From a virus (lineage: Duplodnaviria; Caudoviricetes), in the IMG/VR virus record IMGVR_UViG_3300032004_000001, positions 1 through 64,000 of that record: 64,000 nt of DNA; one strand, written 5' to 3'. How positions within the stretch are numbered: the first letter of the stretch is position 1; each line of letters begins with the position of its first letter. Shown here in pieces: positions 60,762 to 64,000 of the stretch. The notes beneath the pieces were generated by a model that saw only the letters and a program-made list of their open reading frames with translations, was not told where the DNA came from and searched no databases. The translations under genes were made by a program, and so were the position numbers.

Positions 60762-61256
60762 TCAGTCTTCCTTTTTGACCTTCAGCAGGCGGGAAGCCAC
60801 CTGATTTTCCAGCCAGCCGTCCTGCAGCAAGTGGGCTTCGCCCTTGCCTTTGATCCAGGTGCCGGTTGAAGGCTGACGCAGGTCGGAGAAGGTCAAGCTT
60901 TCGACCAGGGCCAAGGTGCGCTCGGACGGCTTGCGGCCGGAGACCTTGGCTACTTCAGCCAGCTGAGCCAGGCGCTCTGCGTTGGACAGGGCTTCTTTAT
61001 CAGCCTGCTCTTTTTCGGCGGCCAGGCGAGCTTCTTCCTTCTCACTGGCTTCCTTCTGAGCCTGCTCGTTCGCAGCGGCTTGCTCGTCGGCAAGTTTCTG
61101 ATCGCGTGCGCGCTGTTCTTCAGCAGTCCTCTCGGCGGCTTGCTGGCGCTCGAGTTCTTCCTTCTGCTTGGCTTCTTCAGCCGCCCGGGCTTCCTGCACG
61201 CGCAGTTCTTCCTGCTCGGCGGGGGTCAATTCCTTGTCGGATTTTTTAAGTGCCAT
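60762..61256 (-). CDS. Glu/Ala-rich protein with small C-terminal domain (head-associated?)
   Basis: CAGGAG RBS; directly after the capsid terminator. Confidence 0.75.
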   Translation of the reverse strand: MALKKSDKELTPAEQEELRVQEARAAEEAKQKEELERQQAAERTAEEQRARDQKLADEQAAANEQAQKEASEKEEARLAAEKEQADKEALSNAERLAQLAEVAKVSGRKPSERTLALVESLTFSDLRQPSTGTWIKGKGEAHLLQDGWLENQVASRLLKVKKED

Positions 61257-61279
61257 GATCGTGAATCTCCTGACTGTTC

Positions 61280-61311
61280 AATGGAAAGAAAGGCCGCCGG
61301 AGCGGCCCTTC
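61280..61311 (-). terminator. Terminator after the major capsid gene
   Basis: - strand GAAGGGCCGC-TCCG-GCGGCCTTTCTTTCC. Confidence 0.75.
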
Positions 61312-61323
61312 TTCTTCACTTCC

Positions 61324-62499
61324 TTACTGCTCGAGGCTCAGGACGGACCAGGCTTCGTCGTACAGACGGGTAGACATCTCGCCATAGTCCACACGGAAGC
61401 CAGTCGCTTTGCGCATCACGAACTCTTCGATGGCGTCGTACGCCGCCGAGATGTTCACGAAACGCTGGATGGCGTAACGTGGATCGAAGCCTACCAGGAG
61501 ACCCGCACCGAACATGTCCGGTTCAAACGGAGTCAGGCGAGGCTGGGTGATGCCCAGGTTCATGCCTGCCCACGGGGTCTGGATCTTCGAGTTATCGACA
61601 CCGGTGTTCTTCGGTGCCAAGCCATCGTCAACAGCCAGCGCGGTGTCGATGTCGGTGAAGACTTCGCTGATGTTGGCAGTTTTGCGCATGCTGAACAGCC
61701 ACTTGATGTAGGCCTTTTTGGTGATCACACCGTTGGCCACGATCGCTGAGTCGAAGTCGCCTGCTTTCAGGATCGGCAGAGCGTCCATGTCCAGGTCGGT
61801 GTCGCCCAGGACCATCGACTTCAGCTGCTCACCCACGCGGCGGATCTTGTCACCGCGCGACTGGGCTTCCATCACGATACGCACCAGGTCGATGGTGGTA
61901 GCAGCCATCGCTTCGTTCGCGATCATCAGGCCAACCGAGTTGGTCGGGATCTTGAACGACTTTTGGCCGGTGGTGATGGAGATCATGGTTTCCGGCAGAG
62001 CCATCTGCACGATACGGCCACTGCGACTACCTTCCGGTGCCGAGGTGTCGATGATCGGCTGCTCAGCCTTCTGGCCGTTCAAGTTGCGACTGGTGGCGAT
62101 CACGCTCTCCCAAATGGAGAGGATGTCGGAACCGTCATCGCGAAGGGTATTCGCGTTCATGGTTTCCAGGATCAGCTGCGGGTACAGCAGGCGCGCTCCC
62201 AGGGAGCCGTCGGAGCCGTCGGGACGACGGAAGCCGTCAGCCTGGGTCATGCCCGCCAGTTGCTGCATGGTCAGCGCTGGGCCGATGCGGTTTTCACCGT
62301 CCATCATGCCTGCGTTGGTCATCATCTGGTCGATCGGGTCGCCCACGGTGGGGTCGAAGTCTGCCGCTTTGTGGCGCAGGAACTGGCGCAGGTCCATGCC
62401 GGCTTCGGATGCCTGGCGGTAGAGCTCGACGTTAGCTTCGATCTCCTTGGTGACCTGCTTGCCGTTTTCGTTGGCAACGTATTTCAGTGTGCATTGCAT
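61324..62499 (-). CDS. Major capsid protein (HK97 fold inferred)
   Basis: 391 aa after protease and decoration genes, followed by a terminator. Confidence 0.8.
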   Translation of the reverse strand: MQCTLKYVANENGKQVTKEIEANVELYRQASEAGMDLRQFLRHKAADFDPTVGDPIDQMMTNAGMMDGENRIGPALTMQQLAGMTQADGFRRPDGSDGSLGARLLYPQLILETMNANTLRDDGSDILSIWESVIATSRNLNGQKAEQPIIDTSAPEGSRSGRIVQMALPETMISITTGQKSFKIPTNSVGLMIANEAMAATTIDLVRIVMEAQSRGDKIRRVGEQLKSMVLGDTDLDMDALPILKAGDFDSAIVANGVITKKAYIKWLFSMRKTANISEVFTDIDTALAVDDGLAPKNTGVDNSKIQTPWAGMNLGITQPRLTPFEPDMFGAGLLVGFDPRYAIQRFVNISAAYDAIEEFVMRKATGFRVDYGEMSTRLYDEAWSVLSLEQ

Positions 62500-62533
62500 G
62501 ATTTCGATTCCTTGAAATGGTGGTGGCCGGCGG

Positions 62534-62992
62534 TTAAGCCACGCGCTCCAGGAGGACGTTGGTACCCGCGCTGCCGTTGCCGATCAAGCGGATGACTTTG
62601 TACTTCCAAATCGCCGGGGTGCCCTTGCGGACTTGCGGCAGGCCGGAGGTACCCAGCGCCAGTTGGGCGCCCGCGACAACCAGGTCACCGAAGACCAGGG
62701 GAGTCGCCACGCCTGCAGCCACCTGGGCCAGGACACGGAAGCCAGTGTCAGGGCGCGCCACACCGCCGACAACGAAGCCGCCTGCGGTCGGGCCGCCGTC
62801 GATGTTGTCGATGAAGCCTTCGATCTCGTCGCCATCGACGGCCAGGGCGAAGTTGGACACGGCGCCCATCTTCACGATCTTTTGCTTGTCCTTGTCGGTG
62901 TAATTCTGGCCTGCGGCCGAACCGAGTTTGGCGGTGATGACGTTCAGACGTTCAGGAAGAACCGTCAGTACGTTGAAATTGAAGTCAGCCAT
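62534..62992 (-). CDS. Head decoration/cement protein
   Basis: Gly/Val-rich 152 aa between scaffold and capsid. Confidence 0.65.
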   Translation of the reverse strand: MADFNFNVLTVLPERLNVITAKLGSAAGQNYTDKDKQKIVKMGAVSNFALAVDGDEIEGFIDNIDGGPTAGGFVVGGVARPDTGFRVLAQVAAGVATPLVFGDLVVAGAQLALGTSGLPQVRKGTPAIWKYKVIRLIGNGSAGTNVLLERVA

Positions 62993-63004
62993 GACTGATT
63001 CTCC

Positions 63005-64000
63005 TTAGCGCTTTTTGCTGTTGAGTTGGGAAACCTTGTGACGGAAGCCATCGGCTACCGGCAGTGCGGATTCTTGAGTCGGGGTGCTGTCGGACTGCTT
63101 ACCGACCTTGAACAGCGAGGCCATCTTGGTTTGCAGCTCGTTGAACTGACCAAGGATCTCGACCGGGCTGGTCTTCTCGACCTGCGGGCTGCCGGTGGCT
63201 ACCTGCAGCTTCTTGACCGCCTGCTGGGCAACCACGACCAGACTCTCGGTCTGTGCCTGGGCTTCCTTCAGGGCAGCCTCGGCCTTGGCCAGCTTGTCGC
63301 CCAGGTCTTCAACCTTGGCTTCCAGCTTGCCGTTTTCTTTCAGGGCGGTGGTCAGGGCCTTGGCGTCGAAACCGGTGGCCGACACAGTGGTGTCCTGCTC
63401 GTCTTCGGGATTGCCCGCTTCTGCATCGGCTTTCGCTTTGGCTTCGGCAGCATCGTCCAGCACCTTCTGTGCGGCAGCTTCTTTTTCGGAAGCGTCCGTC
63501 AGTGCGGCCAAATCCTTTTCGTACTGCGCCAGCTCAGCCTTAGTAAGCACGGTTTTTGGATCCGCGCCCGCTTCGATCTGAGCGAGTTTTTCGGCAGAGA
63601 TTTTCATCTCGAACTTCCTTCTGTCGCCAGTGTTGTTTGCGGACGCGCCGCTACGAATAAGGTCATCCAGGCTTGTAATCCTGTCGACCAGCCCATTTTT
63701 CACCGCCTTCGCTGCGAAAAACGTTTTGCCGTCAGCCCAATCCTTGTAGTCGTCGAGACTCAAGCTGCGCTGCGCGGAAATATGGTTGAGGAAGAATGCA
63801 TTGGTTTCCTTCAGGTTGTCCTGCAGGTACTTTTTGTCTGCTTCGCTCAAATCTTCATACGGGTTACCGATTGCTTTGAACTCGCCTTCCTTCAGCACGG
63901 TGTACTTCACGCCGAAGTTCTCTTCGGTGTTGACCAGCGTGCGAACCACCGCAATAACGCCGATCGAGCCCAGCTCAGCCATCTTGCTGGCGGTTACCGT
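63005..64000 (-). CDS. S49-family prohead protease with C-terminal scaffold, 5' truncated by window edge
   Basis: TASKMAELGSIGV, KAIGNPYEDL, FLNHISAQR, ADGKTF.A..AV..GLVD; coiled-coil C-terminus. Confidence 0.9.
   Translation of the reverse strand, partial: TVTASKMAELGSIGVIAVVRTLVNTEENFGVKYTVLKEGEFKAIGNPYEDLSEADKKYLQDNLKETNAFFLNHISAQRSLSLDDYKDWADGKTFFAAKAVKNGLVDRITSLDDLIRSGASANNTGDRRKFEMKISAEKLAQIEAGADPKTVLTKAELAQYEKDLAALTDASEKEAAAQKVLDDAAEAKAKADAEAGNPEDEQDTTVSATGFDAKALTTALKENGKLEAKVEDLGDKLAKAEAALKEAQAQTESLVVVAQQAVKKLQVATGSPQVEKTSPVEILGQFNELQTKMASLFKVGKQSDSTPTQESALPVADGFRHKVSQLNSKKR

Noticed and set aside
1-64000. CRISPR array, tRNA/tmRNA genes, integrase, transposase, reverse transcriptase (DGR)
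   Set aside because: No repeat-spacer pattern, T-loop/cloverleaf, tyrosine or serine recombinase, or RT motifs seen by eye; tRNAscan or an HMM run could still find weak cases.

Overview
The window is a 64-kb internal segment of a GC-rich, lytic-looking dsDNA tailed phage (siphovirus with a lambda-like M-L-K-I-J tail tip). The host is probably Pseudomonas, judged from the style of the tail fibre, its chaperones and the lysis genes; this is inference, not searched. The + strand (1-38738) carries a truncated TAXI-like solute-binding protein, about 30 tightly coupled small early ORFs and a 745-aa C5 cytosine methyltransferase. It continues with a replication, nucleotide and recombination module: Dda-like helicase, AEP primase-helicase, SNF2 helicase, ThyX, a three-domain PolA, two extra DEDD exonucleases, dNMP kinase, resolvase, ATP ligase, an Mre11/Rad50 pair and three MazG-like proteins. 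The - strand (38772-64000) carries lysis, tail fibres, tail tip, tape measure, tail chaperones with a -1 frameshift, tube, neck, capsid, decoration and an S49 protease/scaffold (truncated). The most unusual observations are: (1) a stand-alone 126-aa gene that is a copy of the PolA motif A/O-helix (fingers) region without motif C, coupled to an Nmad5-like gene; (2) a 12-bp quasi-palindrome CGCYA-N2-YRSCG at 5-7 intergenic sites on or next to sigma70-like -10 elements in both the replication and late modules; (3) a separately translated second copy of the tail-fibre tip; (4) a TraR-like DxxDxA protein plus three MazG paralogues; (5) a roughly 185-aa thumb insertion in PolA; and (6) nine TRD-like repeats in the methyltransferase. 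No tRNA, CRISPR array, integrase or intein was seen. All family assignments come from motif recognition by eye.
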